A stretch of 64,000 bases of DNA, taken from contig NC_043000.1 of assembly GCF_006345805.1 (NCBI RefSeq), positions 20,460,001 to 20,524,000 of the forward strand, given 5' to 3'. Of the stretch, positions 10,765 through 22,727 are shown piece by piece. The notes below the pieces were generated by a model. It did no database searches. It saw only the letters and a program-made list of their open reading frames with translations, and was not told where the DNA came from. Every line of letters begins with the position of its first letter. Within the stretch, counting starts at the first letter, position 1. The stretch is from Octopus sinensis (lineage: Eukaryota). Both the position numbers and the translations under genes were made by a program.

Positions 10765-13700
10765 TTATGTGGTATCATCCACTCGCAACTTTCGTGCTAC
10801 ATCTTTCCATCGTTCTTCATACACTCTCTTAGTCAGGCATATTCTCTCCAGCCCTATCTTCCTTTTCAGGTGAAAGATGAAATAATTCATCAAACCAGGG
10901 CCGGAGATGAACTTGCCTGACTGTAAACCTTTCATTCTCGTCTTCCATATCACCTCTTTCGCAATTGCTACTACGAGAAAACAATTCTTACCTTCATTCG
11001 CGAGGAAATCTGGTGGGTCAATTTTTGTAATAGACTCAGTCGACAGCTGTACTCTTCGTGTGCTTGACAACAGCTGTTCGGCATAAACCCACACCTCAGA
11101 CACGCCCGAACAATGAACAATAGCGTGCGGGACGGTTTCCCTATCCCGTTCGCATCTTGGACATGTCGGACTGTCCTGGCCACCGTGCCTTGCGAGTTTA
11201 TCCTGAACAGGTAGAGCTCCTCTGTAGCATTGCCATGCCAGAGACTTCTGGAAGTTGTCCAGTGTCTTCGGCTCGAACGTACGTCGGAACAGACTGGCCA
11301 GCTGATTATCGTCGAGACCTAGGGTTTCCCCCAAGGTATCTTCACATTCCGCCTCTACCAACCCTCTATAGAAGAATGTGGTGGAACCCCCACCGCAGGC
11401 GTTGCCCGAGCGACGGAATAGCAGGAGAGCCTTGCGACACTCCGTGTACCATGTGCCTAGTTTCGATCTACGATTCAGCCAGGTTTCCCATCCACCGAAA
11501 CTAGTGAACTTGGGAAACATCAGTTTTGCTAGCGGAGACCACACCCGTTCACCATCCAGGTAGAGCCACAGATGTCTTAACCTCAGCGCATGTCTGCGCA
11601 TCATCAGCCAAGGCATCCCTAGCCCACCCTTTAACGGTTGTTGACAGCAAGTAGAGCGTTTCACAAGTGGTTTCCCGCCCTTCCACAAGACGTAGAAGAG
11701 CTGTCTTTCCAACTTGATCAACCACGAATCAGGGCAAGGAACAACGGAAAGGCGGTAGGTGATAACCGATGCGATAAACACATTGGCTACCTCCGCCCTC
11801 CCTTTCAGGGATAGCCACCGCCAAGACCAGGTCTTGGTTACTGCAGCCACCCTGCTCGATACCTCGCCCCAATTCTTCTCTATTTGGAGGTCTGGACCGA
11901 ACCAAACCCCTAGCAACTTAATCGGACCCTCCGTCCAACGTCCCACGACGCTGTCAGGAGGCATCGATTTGCCTCTCCAGGTGCCGAGTTGCAAGCCGAC
12001 TGACTTTTCGCGATTAACTTTTGCTCCTGTCACCGTCTCGTAAACCTCTATGGCCTTGCCTACTTTACGTAGGTGGTCCATTTCGGTTACGATGATGGTG
12101 ATGTCATCCGCGTACGCTGACACCGATTTTCCACTACCTGGCTGTCTCGGGATGCCGCTCAGTTTTCGCAGTAATGGCTCAAGAGCCATCACGTACAAAA
12201 GCGGGGAGAGCGGACACCCTTGACGAACCGAGCGCTTGATGTTGAACGGCTTCTTGTCGAAGCCGTTCAGCCGAACTACCGAGTCGATGTTATCGTAAAT
12301 TTGGATAATCCACCTGAGGAAGCCAAGGCTCAGCCCGAACTGTGCCAGGGCAGATACCAGGTAGCGATGGTCGACCCTATCGAATGCTTTAGATTGGTCT
12401 AAATGGACCAGTGCCCCACCCTTGCCAGAATCGCTATTAAACCCCTCTATAGTGTACCGCATAAGATGGAGATTATCCTGAATGGTTCTGCCAGGAACGG
12501 CACATGTCTGTGCCTCCCCGATCAGACCATCCGCGACACGCGCCAATCTTTTCGATAACACTTTGGCCAAAATCTTCAACTCTGTGTTTAGCAGAGTGAT
12601 GGGCCTGAAATTATCAATGCACTCCCCCTTGCTCGGGTCCTTTCTGACGAGTGTCACTACTCCCCGGCGCACAGATCTGGGTATGAGCCCGTTCTGCTGC
12701 CAGTTCGCATAGACCTCCGCCAGTAGGTGCCCGAACAAGTCTGGCATACTCTTATATAATTCAGAGGGTAGACCATCTAAACCCGGCGCTTTGCCCGCAC
12801 CGCAGTCCGCCATCGCCTCAACCACCTCCCCAGGCGTGATTGGCCCTTCACAGCCCTCCGCATCTCGCCCCGATAAGCGCGGCAGCCCGTCGAGGAGGTC
12901 CGTAAAGGCCCTCCTCCTATCCAGTCCGCCGCACTCACCGAAAAGCTGAGCGAAGTGCTCCTGAAAGGCCTCACACACCTCCTCGGGCTCGTTTATCAAC
13001 TCACCTTGTTGGTTCGTCATAGATCGAATCGTGGCACTGTTACCACGCTGAGCTTCCACCACTCGGGCCCATCTCACGGCGTTGATTCCTTCACAACCCA
13101 TTGCGCGGATCCTAGCCCTGACAATGCAGCCCATGTGTTTGGCCTCGAGGTGCTGGTTTAACACCAGTCTCTTGGACGTCACCTGAGCCGCAGAGCCAGT
13201 TTTCAAGGCTTCCTCTAATTCCTTAACTAGAGTAGTTTCCCTCCTAGCCTCTCTAGCCACTACTCCTATGCTATATCTAATTGACTCGAATTTGATGGCT
13301 CGTTTGAGGGCGTACCACCATTTGTTATTAATGATGGTACCAGATAGTGCCCTCTGAATTATAGTCCTAATCCGGTCTCTGTACTCCTTAATCGCCAAAA
13401 GGACGTATTAAGTTTCCAGTAACCGGATCCTCTATTTTTAACCTTATCTATGTCAAGCTTACAGGTGACCATTTTGTGATCACTGTAGCTGACCAGGTAA
13501 AACTGTGGACACTTAGCTATTTTTCTGTCTACTTTTCTAATTAGTATCCTATCTAAATATGACCTGGAAGATCCGTCGCTGTTTGACCATGTCCACAATG
13601 GAGCGTTCGGAAATTCCAACCTATAAGGATCTGCTAGCTCAAAGCGGCTTAGCAGTCCCATGAAGCCACTGTTACCTTTTCTATCTTGACGCGAGCCAAC

Positions 13701-14162
13701 ACAATCTACATCCGCTTTGCAAATTGTGTTAAAGTCTCCTAGCATAACTAATGAATGCGAAGTACCAAGAAAGTTTTCCAGTTCTCGAAAATAATCACTT
13801 TGCCCTTTATGGTTGGGTGCGTAAATTGCAACCAGTCTGATAACTTTACCGTTACTGAACGTCAAATCCAGCCTACCTACGACCAGCCTACCTTCTGGAT
13901 CTGCAAAAATTAACTTTTTCTCAGAAACCCGGTTTCTTTTTAATAGGACCAACACCCCACCCCCGCCTGTAGGACTGCCAGGAGAGAAAAAACTCTCGTA
14001 GCCGTCAAACAGCGGGAGTAGACCTCTTGGCCCCTCTAACCGGGTTTCTGTAGCAACAATAACATCTAAATTACGCGACCTGATATCATTAAGGAAGCGA
14101 CCTTGCTTCCAGCTTGATCCCAGGCCGCGCACATTTAAACAACCAACATAAATGTAATCCAT
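10765..14162 (-). CDS. Tx1 ORF2 endonuclease-reverse transcriptase (~1130 aa once one frameshift at ~13400 is corrected)
   Basis: ORFs 13359-14162 and 10765-13398 join as YWKLNTS(L)LAIKEYRDR after adding one base at tcc-tttt. Confidence 0.85.
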
Positions 14163-14170
14163 TACTTACC

Positions 14171-14560
14171 TTATATCAGTGGTTCGGTTTTTTCTTTTTC
14201 TTCTTTGTTTGTCTCTTTTTCTGAGCCTCGTGGGGGAGTCTGACGCAGGCCCTCGAATATATATGGAGATGTTATATCCATTCTGAGCGGGCCCACGTCA
14301 TGAAAAAATTCGGACTTTATCCGTCCGTAATCCTTCCGGCCTATTCTGTACAATATATAGTCATTTTTTTCCCTATTGTTTTCCACTTTGGCCATAGCTG
14401 CCAACACATTACCGAGTCTATTGTTCGAGGCCTTAACGGCCATAAATGAGTTCAACGACTCTCTTTTCTTCTTTTGGTTCACTTTGGTGGGGGGTCAGTT
14501 TTTCTCTTTTTTCTAGTGATTTTTGACCACCCCTCCTCATTAGAAGCGTCGAAACCTCTG
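14171..14560 (-). pseudogene. Probable C-terminal remnant of Tx1 ORF1
   Basis: Lys/Glu-rich frames directly upstream of ORF2, including EEGWSKITRKRE; frameshifted, start not seen. Confidence 0.4.
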
Positions 14561-14875
14561 TATTTAAGTAGTACCAAGATTTCTCTATTTCTTTCTCTCT
14601 CTCTCTCTCTCTCTCCCTCTATCTATCTATCTATCTATCTCTCTCTCTCTCTCCTCAAGTTATCGCCATCTTTCTTACAGTTCTTTATTTCTATAATTCT
14701 TATACAGACGATACTGTCTATCATTTCTACTTGATTTTCCTCTCACAGCCGTCATCCACATCTTTGAGGCCACACACAACTTATATTATACTTCCATAAA
14801 GAAAGAGCTCAGAAGCATTCTCCAGTAAGGACATGGTAATCTAGTTTCCTTCAACAATATCAATAAACAGTCATA

Positions 14876-15098
14876 TTAACTTTTTAATACCAAACCATCT
14901 GAGACCGCCCTTGATTCTACAATACAAACTTCCGGTTCAAAGTGATAGAAACTGAAATTTCCCTTTAAAATTTTATGCTAATGCATGTTCCAAATACCAG
15001 CTTAATAAAGACAGTTATTTTACTAATTCTTCTTTATTTTCAAAATTATTTGAAATGAAGGCAGTGTAGTTCATTAAATAAATGTTAATGAAAGAGGT
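14876..15098. mobile_element. Degenerate piggyBac-like MITE
   Basis: Similar to the 30798-31024 and 51.1/51.7-kb copies; decayed ttaac...gaaagaggtaa ends. Confidence 0.45.
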
Positions 15099-15287
15099 AA
15101 ACAAACACTCATGGAGCTCTACACTCCATGGCCAAGAACAACACATACTAAAACACTTTCGTTCTGCTGAGAAAATTACTACGTCTCGCAAACTCGGATA
15201 ACAGCGGCCATCATTACCAAACATTAGGTTTCTTTTCCAGGTCATAAAATATTTCAGCCCTATAACAGTTGCTGGTCTTTCACATGG

Positions 15288-15585
15288 TGCAGGAGTGGCT
15301 GTGTGGTAAGTAGCTTGCTTACAAACCACATGGTTCTGGGTTCAGTCCCACTGCGTGGCATCTTGGGCAAATGTCTTCTCCTATAGCCTCGGACAAACAC
15401 GGACAGACAAACGGATTAAGTCGATTACATCGACCCCAGTGCGAAACTGGTACTTTATTTATTGACTCCGAAAGGATGAAAGGCAAAGTCGACCTCGGCG
15501 GAATTTGAACTCAGAACGCAACGTCAGACGAAATACCGCTAAGCATTTCGCCCGGTGTGTAACGATTCTGCCAGCTCGCCGCCTT
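15288..15585. mobile_element. SINE A head (+) abutting SINE B (-)
   Basis: Matches to other copies in the window. Confidence 0.8.
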
Positions 15586-16252
15586 TTGTGTAACATATCA
15601 TAGGAAATACATCCATTGCGAAGACCAGGCACACACACACATAGACAAGATGTCTCTATAATGCCTACAATACGTGTGGCTTGAGAGTTCTATCTCGTTG
15701 TAGGTACAACTCACAACTGACGGACCGCTGATAAAGACCTAAGTTTAGACTCAACTTTGACATGGAGAATGTGAATTTCTAAATAAGTTGTATATGGATG
15801 AATTGCCGATTTCAACGTTTTTAGTTTACCTTCTTAGAATTTAATTATTTGATCTACAACTGGAAAGGAATTGCAACAGGTATGTTCATCTCCAGCCTCG
15901 AACTAATCGACTTTTTCGTTTTCCATATGAAACGGAAAATAAGGCTGGAGAAGACATGCCTGTCGTAAAGTGTGTTTCGTAAAAGATGGAAGTCTATAGC
16001 AAGTATGTTGCGAGTGAAAGAACCTGTTTAAACGAGAATATAAAAAGGAGAAAGCAAAGTCTTCAGTGTAAGTATGTGGTTTGTGGGGTCGACCGCGTCC
16101 TCCGCTTCATTTTTTGTAAATCACTCATTCTCATTTAATTGTATATATTTTAATTGTTTGTTTATTCATACGTTTCGTCTCATTCGATACCTTGACCCCA
16201 ATGTTTGTTTTGTCTGTCCTCGTATCGTCCCCTCTTTTTCTCAACCTCATAG

Positions 16253-16424
16253 TTAATAAAGAAATTAACTGGAAAATTCTGAGACATTTCAGCGCCAAAC
16301 AGGACAAATTTACTAACCAAACACGGCACCAGAAAAGAACTGTCTCATCAGGACAGTCGCAGCCAACCAGAATGTGTTGTAAACCTATTTTAGACGAACG
16401 AGTAGAGTAGTACTCATGGTTTTG
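16253..16424 (+). other. Candidate spliced exon (probably 5' UTR) of an unidentified gene
   Basis: Upstream GTAAGT at 16068, long pyrimidine tract plus AG at 16251-16252, downstream TTG|GTGAGT at 16425. Confidence 0.4.
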
Positions 16425-17407
16425 GTGAGTTCTCCCGATGCAGTTGATATTAATTTGAGCTGCTGTAGGTTTATTACATGTGGTGGTGTAAATCTTGAAC
16501 TGAATTCAAGATGGCTGCATTTATATGCAAGGAGGATAAGTAAAAGGCATTTTTGGGGTGGGGTGGATCAAGAAATAGTCGGGATAAGTGGAGGAGATTT
16601 ACATGTTTCAGATGCATTTGAACGGAGGTGGTATGCAGCCCACTAGCTAAGGGAGTGAGAAAATGTGACTCTTACAGAGGAAGAAGAAACAATACTGCTC
16701 CAGCAATCAAATTCACTGACGATCGGCTTTAGTCTACCCAGGTCCATTGTAGAAAACATTTGCCCATGTTACTGAAACCACAGCCGATGAAATAGATTCA
16801 AATTTAAAGTGAATTTGACAGCTTTGTGTGTTGTGAACTGGTTCTTCTGCGATCTAATTGCTTCAGTTTTAACAGTCTCCAGCCAGGCTGGTAGAACTCT
16901 GCAATTTAGACTGTTTGGGAAATAGTGATACATGAGAAAACTTAGGCTAGTCTTGCTGTGTCTTGGGCGGGTCATTACTACGCTAATAATAATAATCAAA
17001 CGAACTGGCACACTTCTTTATTGTTAGTCAATTGGTTAAATATCAAACCAATTAACCGGTTGTTTGTTAAATTGCTTTCGTCACTATTCGCTCCCTCATT
17101 AATGACATGCCCTCCCTCTCTTCAAGGTCTGCCAAGTGAAGTAAGGATGGTTTTTAGTCAGTGGTTTTCAGCCAGGATCGATATGGCCCCTTTGAGGAAT
17201 AAGGGAAGTTGGATAAGGTTCGTACGGCTAAAAAGTTCATTTCGTAGCTACCTATTCTTGGGGTCAATCCCACTGCACGGCACCTTGGGGCAGATTTTTC
17301 TATTATAGCCCCGTGCCGACCAATGTCTTATGAATGAATCTGGTCAATGGAAAATGTGTGGAAGCCCGTCGTGTGTGTATGTGTGTGTGCGCGCGCGCGT
17401 TCCTTTT

Positions 17408-17440
<33 letters not shown>

Positions 17441-17621
17441 ATTTCAGTGTGTTTGTATGTGTGTATGTGTGAGAGAGGGAGAGAGAGAGATGCCTCTACC
17501 ACTACTTGTCATCCGGTGTTAGTTTGTCTATGTCCTCGTAATTTGGCAGTTTGGCAAAACAGGCCGATAAAATAAGTACCAAACAAAAAAGAAAATCGGT
17601 ACTGAAGTTCGATTTGTTCGA

Positions 17622-18040
17622 CAGGTGTGGCTGTGTGGTAAGTAGCTTGTTTACCAACCACATGGTTCCGAGTTCCCATTGTGTGGCACCTTGGGCAAGT
17701 GTCTTCTACTATAGCCTTGAGCTGACCAAAGCCTTGTGAGTGGATTTGGTAGACGGAAACTGAAAGAAACCCGTCGTATACATGTATGTATGTATGTATG
17801 TACATATGTGTATGTATGTGTGTGTATATATGTTTGTGTGTCTGTGTTTGTCCCCCAACATCGCTTGACCACCGATGCTGGTGTGTTTACGTTCCCGTAG
17901 CTTAGCGGTTCGGCAAAAGAGACCGACAGAATAAGTACTAGGCTTCCAAAGAATAAGTCCTGGGGTCGTTATGCCCGACCAAAGGCGGTGCTCCAGCATG
18001 GCTACAGTCAAATGACTGAAACAAGTAAAAGAGTAAAATG
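17622..18040 (+). mobile_element. SINE family A
   Basis: Full head-microsatellite-tail copy. Confidence 0.85.
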
Positions 18041-18489
18041 GTAAAAGAGTAAACCTATCAATGCAGTCTCCCGGCATAGCTGCAGTCCAATGACTGAAAC
18101 AAGTCAACTATAAAAGATATCAGGATTTTCGTCGCACCTCTGCGTCCTGCTCACGAGCACAGATCCAATACAACTTTGTCGACTCTGTAGTGGAACTACG
18201 TCAATGACTAGGTTGCAGTTGAGCAACGAAAATTTTGACATTTCATTAATTAAATTTCAATTTAAAGTAAATGTAACCATTTTAATTGTTATTAATTATC
18301 TCTTCCTCGGTGTAGTTGCCAGCACCAGCGTAGCTAGAGTATATGCCGCCCGGGGCGGCCCTGCCATTTGCCGCACCCGGACCCCACAAAATAAAAAAAA
18401 AACATATTGCCTACAGCTGACCCAAAAGTGCCGCCTGGGGCGCCCCTCCCCCCCAGCTAGGCTAGTATGATTATAAATATCTTAGGTCA

Positions 18490-19040
18490 TACATATCATC
18501 ATCTGGAAAAGACTTTCTAATTAGAAAGGGTATGGCCTGGTCAGCTTGTAATGACATGCATAAGATCTGGTCATCAAATCTAAGTAGAGACTTCAAACTT
18601 GAAATCTTCAAAGCCACAGTCGAACCAATTCTACTATATGGCTCAGAAACCTGGACGTTATCAAAGAAGCTTGAGAGGCGGTTGGATGGAACCTACACTC
18701 GCCTCCTTATGAGAGCTCAAAATCTCTCGTGGAAGCGCCATCCAACCAAAATGCAAATATATGGGACTCTACCACCTGTGTCATCCCTTGTGAAAGGTAG
18801 GAGAGTCCAGTTTGCTGGACATTGTTGTAGAGCTGAAAAAGAAGTAATTTCTACTCTTCTCCTCTGAAAGCCATCTACTCGCAATACCAGAGGGCGCACA
18901 CTCTCCTACCCTGATGTAATCTCCAGGGATACAGGCATCCAGCAACAGGACCTCCGTAATGCCATGATGGACCGTGAAGTCTGGCGTAGCATGGTAAATT
19001 CCATTGTCTCGACCACGGTCGAACAATGATGATGATGATA
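18490..19040 (+). mobile_element. RTE-clade LINE 3' fragment with (TGA)n tail
   Basis: FKATVEPILLYGSETW, QFAGHCCR, RGRTLSYPD, DREVWR; one internal stop. Confidence 0.9.
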
Positions 19041-19271
19041 GGCTAGTGGTCGCCAGTCTAAATTTCTATAGGCACTAAATTTCTTAAGAATATATTACAA
19101 AAATATATTGTTAAAAATAAATTCATAAAAACCTCGGCCGGACACAGACACATCTGGGCTTATAGACTACGCTCCTCCATTCTGTATATTGTAAATGTAT
19201 CCAGCATCATTTACACCGAATCTCAACTTTTCCTATCACTTATACTCTCGGCTTGATGTATTCCACAGTTA

Positions 19272-19656
19272 TCTCTCTATATATAAACGGCAGTTTGTCT
19301 GTGCGTGTTTCTGTGTGTCTGTTTGCTTGTACCCTCACCCTGACCACGGCTTTCAACCGATTCTGATGAAACTTGACACACACATAGCCCAATGTCATAA
19401 TTCAAAACTAACGCAGCGAAAATTTTGAAAAGTTCCCCCAGTTCTGAAAAAAATCGATAAATTCGACATGGGGTCGACAATGAGAAACACAAACCACAAA
19501 CTGTCTAGGGGACGCAACTCCACCTTTTTTAAATCTCAAAAAAAAATTTACCATCATTTTTTTCCATTTTTTTGCTATTTTTTGGCTATAACTCTCTAAA
19601 AATGCTTTATAGTTATTTCCCTTACAAACCTGAGCAACGCCGGGCGATACTGCTAG
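19272..19656 (+). mobile_element. Non-autonomous Helitron
   Basis: A|TCTCTCTATATATAAA 5' end; GC-rich hairpin (cctgagcaacgccggg) then CTAG|T 3' end. Confidence 0.8.
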
Positions 19657-19745
19657 TATATTATAAAAACATCACACGGCAAAAATAATGCGTATTTTTT
19701 CTTTCTTTTTTTTTTCTATTTATTTTTCTTTTATTAACTTTGCAG

Positions 19746-20031
19746 GTGATATATCAAAACATAACTTTTAATATACTAAACGTGGTTTTGATATTTTTAA
19801 ACCCCCTGCTATGTATCCCCCACCATTACCACCAGCGTAGTAGATGAATTTGCTCCTGGCTGAGAATTGCCGACGATAAAAGCCTAAATGCAAAAAAAAA
19901 TTTAAATAACAATACAAGTAAAAGAGTAGGAGTGATAGGGAGAGAGGGAAGAGGAGAGAGAGAGAAGAGGAAACACGGATCTTTATATTTAATAGCTAGA
20001 AAGCGAAGTCAATTTCATATGACTATCGCAG
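19746..20031 (+). other. Candidate exon, mostly UTR, with possible start codon ATG ACT ATC GCA G| (20019)
   Basis: ~45-nt T-rich tract plus tgcAG acceptor; perfect CAG|GTAAGT donor at 20032. Confidence 0.45.
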
Positions 20032-20390
20032 GTAAGTGTTCAGATATATTTTCTCTTCCTGCTATGTGAACTTTTCCACTTTGATTTTGAAAGTTTCTAG
20101 ATATTGTATACGAAGTACGTTTATATATGTAACTTAATCTTTAGCAACAGACACACTACACTGTTGTTTGTATAGATTTGACGTTAAAATAGCGAGTGCG
20201 ATGTTTATAGTTACCATGCGCTCGAAAACAAGAATTCCACTTGCTTTCCATCACCAAATCCGCTCAGTCAGTCATTGATTTACTCGTTCACTCACACACT
20301 CATCAGCTCATTCATTCATTTATTCTCGTATATATATATATATATAAAGGGGTTTGTATGATTGTGTATAGAGGGATATGTATTATTCAA

Positions 20391-20801
20391 AGAAATTCCA
20401 ATTCTGTCTCTTTTTTTATGTTTTATTTATATTCTTTATAATATTAATGTAGACTATAGAATATATAGTATAAATAGTATATATAGTAGTATAATGAAAT
20501 GAAGAATTGATTGTCTTATTGAATAGATGAAATAGTGAATATCAAATATTAAGGGACTAGTATACTTTTTTGCATTATAGCAATCTTCAAGGTCCCAGGT
20601 TGTGACAGGAGGGTTTCAACTGTTGAAAGAATACTAGTCCCTTAATATTTTATATTCAATATTTCATCTATTCAATAAGACAATCAATTCTTCACGTCAT
20701 TATACTACTATATTTACTTTTTATACTATATATTCTATATTCTACATTAATATTATAAACAATATAAATAAAACATCAAAAACAGAGAGAGTTGGAATTT
20801 C

Positions 20802-20803
<2 letters not shown>
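20391..20803. repeat. Palindromic MITE-like element (~170-bp arms, ~67-bp spacer)
   Basis: 20391-20562 is the reverse complement of ~20630-20803. Confidence 0.85.
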
Positions 20804-20845
<42 letters not shown>

Positions 20846-20914
20846 GGAGTAAACACATAAATGTGAAACAAGGTGGAAAAAAGAGTACTCAAATACCAGT
20901 GGTAGAGTAATATG

Positions 20915-21070
20915 CTTTATTTAAAGCAGCAGAAAATTCATCAAAACCTGTTACTCTGTTGCCGTTCGTCGGACAGTTTTTGCTAGATTCTAGCAAAAAC
21001 TGTCCGACGAACGGCAACATGAAACTCAGAGTAACAGGTTTTGTTGAATTTTCTGCTGTTTTAAATAAAG
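20915..21070. repeat. Near-perfect palindrome (1-nt loop) within a (TA)n-flanked PLE-type repeat
   Basis: Arms pair around gctaga-t-tctagc; left arm lacks 9 nt. Confidence 0.9.
20996..21042 (+). ncRNA. Type I hammerhead ribozyme-like motif (U4C variant, stem II mismatch)
   Basis: aaaactgt-CCGACGA-acg gcaa cat-GAAAC tcaga GTA-acaggtttt. Confidence 0.6.
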
Positions 21071-21116
<46 letters not shown>

Positions 21117-22010
21117 CGTTACTGCATACAAGCATTATAGATGTGCGTGTGCGTAGCTGTATACATGCATTATATATACACACGCGCACATTTATAATGC
21201 TTGTATGCTGTAACGCATATATAATATATGTGTATTATATTATGTTATTGTATTGTATATGCGTAACTGCATACAAGCATAATAGTAATGTGTCAGGTGT
21301 GTATATGAGAACAACATTACTAACTACCATAACAGGTAATGTAAGCATTTAACTGGTGGAGATCTGTCGGACTTTCGTAAGATCCGGATCATAACTTTAC
21401 ATTGACCGCAACAATGTTTATCAGTGGTTAAACCTTCTGGATCATACTCGAATCGTTGGACTTCTATTTATTCCAAGTTCTATTTACTCTTCCCGTCGTA
21501 TGTATGTATATTTACAAATATCTATTCATTTGTCCGCTTGTACGTGTATTGGCATAGATTTTTAGATTCCTTAAGGCGTCATTGGAGCCAACCACACCAC
21601 ATTGGAATGTGTTTACGTATTGTATATAGATGTATTTGTTTATACGGATTGTATTTATGCGGGTTTGATTCTTTCTCATTTTTTTAATATTAATTCTTTT
21701 GGAACACGTTCTCGCACATAAACAACAAACATATTCCTATGTGTTATATAAGTATCTATTTCGTACCTTTCGCATTCACCGATTTAAGAGATATATTAGG
21801 GTTTTTTTTATTTCATGGTCAAGCTGTTATTTGGGACGATGGAGGTCGAGTTGTTGTTGGTATTTAACACCAGGTCAATCGTAATCGAAGATACCTATAA
21901 TTATAGATCTCTAATTTGTGACCATCCTATCTTTTTCAGACACGTTATCTAATATTTTTTTCTTCTTCTTTTCTGAGATACTGGGGTGTAACCTGATGAG
22001 GATTGCTATT

Positions 22011-22041
<31 letters not shown>

Positions 22042-22727
22042 TTGGTTGCTATTTTTAACTATCGAATGACTACGTGTGTGTTGGTCACCCGCGTTGGCTT
22101 TACAAATTAACAAGAGCCAATAAATATATTTGCATCTGTTTCGCGATATCCGCATTCCAGGTGTACACGAAGCGAAAGTCTGCTTGCTATTCTCTTAACA
22201 CTATTACCAACACCATCATTAGTACTGCTCCCCCCCCCCCGCACCACCTCCGCCGCTATCACCATCACCACCACTATTACTACTACTACTGTATGTATGC
22301 CTGTCTAGATACGTACGCGCTCTCTTTCTCTTGACATATAATTATGTGTGTGCGTGCGCCTGTGTATTTAATATACATATACATGAGTCAAGTATATTAA
22401 TGAATTTTTGAGTGGGTGTATTTATACATATTTATACGGTTTTTTTAGCTACGTCATCTTCCCAACGCTACTACATGGTATGTTCCTGCACACTCAAAAA
22501 AAAAAAAATGTACAATCAACTGTTGTTTAGTCCCAGTTTGATCTCGATCCAGCAACCTTTATCATCAAAGACGTCCCAGACGTGGTCCTCACTCCGTCTT
22601 TTTCATTTATGTTGTCTACCTAGACGGTAGGCTGTTAGCTGAGCGAAATTTTGCTGCTATTTCTAGCACGTCGAGCGACCACTTAAAGCTCTCCCCGTTG
22701 GCCCGTATCAGCTACCCTTACTCTCTC

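Larger units (their letters stand above)
10525..14570 (-). mobile_element. Tx1 (L1-clade) non-LTR retrotransposon: ORF1 remnant, near-intact ORF2, ~240-nt 3' UTR
   Basis: APE endonuclease (LNVRGL, ETR, GDFN, YLDR, SDH), GYWKLN linker, RT (RPITLLN, LDQSKAFDRVDH, RQGCPLSP, YADD), WRWLSLKGR, C-terminal CPRC...H...C; no TSD found. Confidence 0.95.

Noticed and set aside
16430-16650. RTE remnant (ITCGGVNLELNSR)
   Set aside because: Only faint similarity; not supportable as a feature
18320-18470. GC-rich island as promoter or MITE
   Set aside because: Terminal repeats incomplete, no TSD; likely a repeat fragment but unclassifiable
21975-22005. CTGATGAG hammerhead box
   Set aside because: Truncated by (TA)n; no downstream GAAAC or stems
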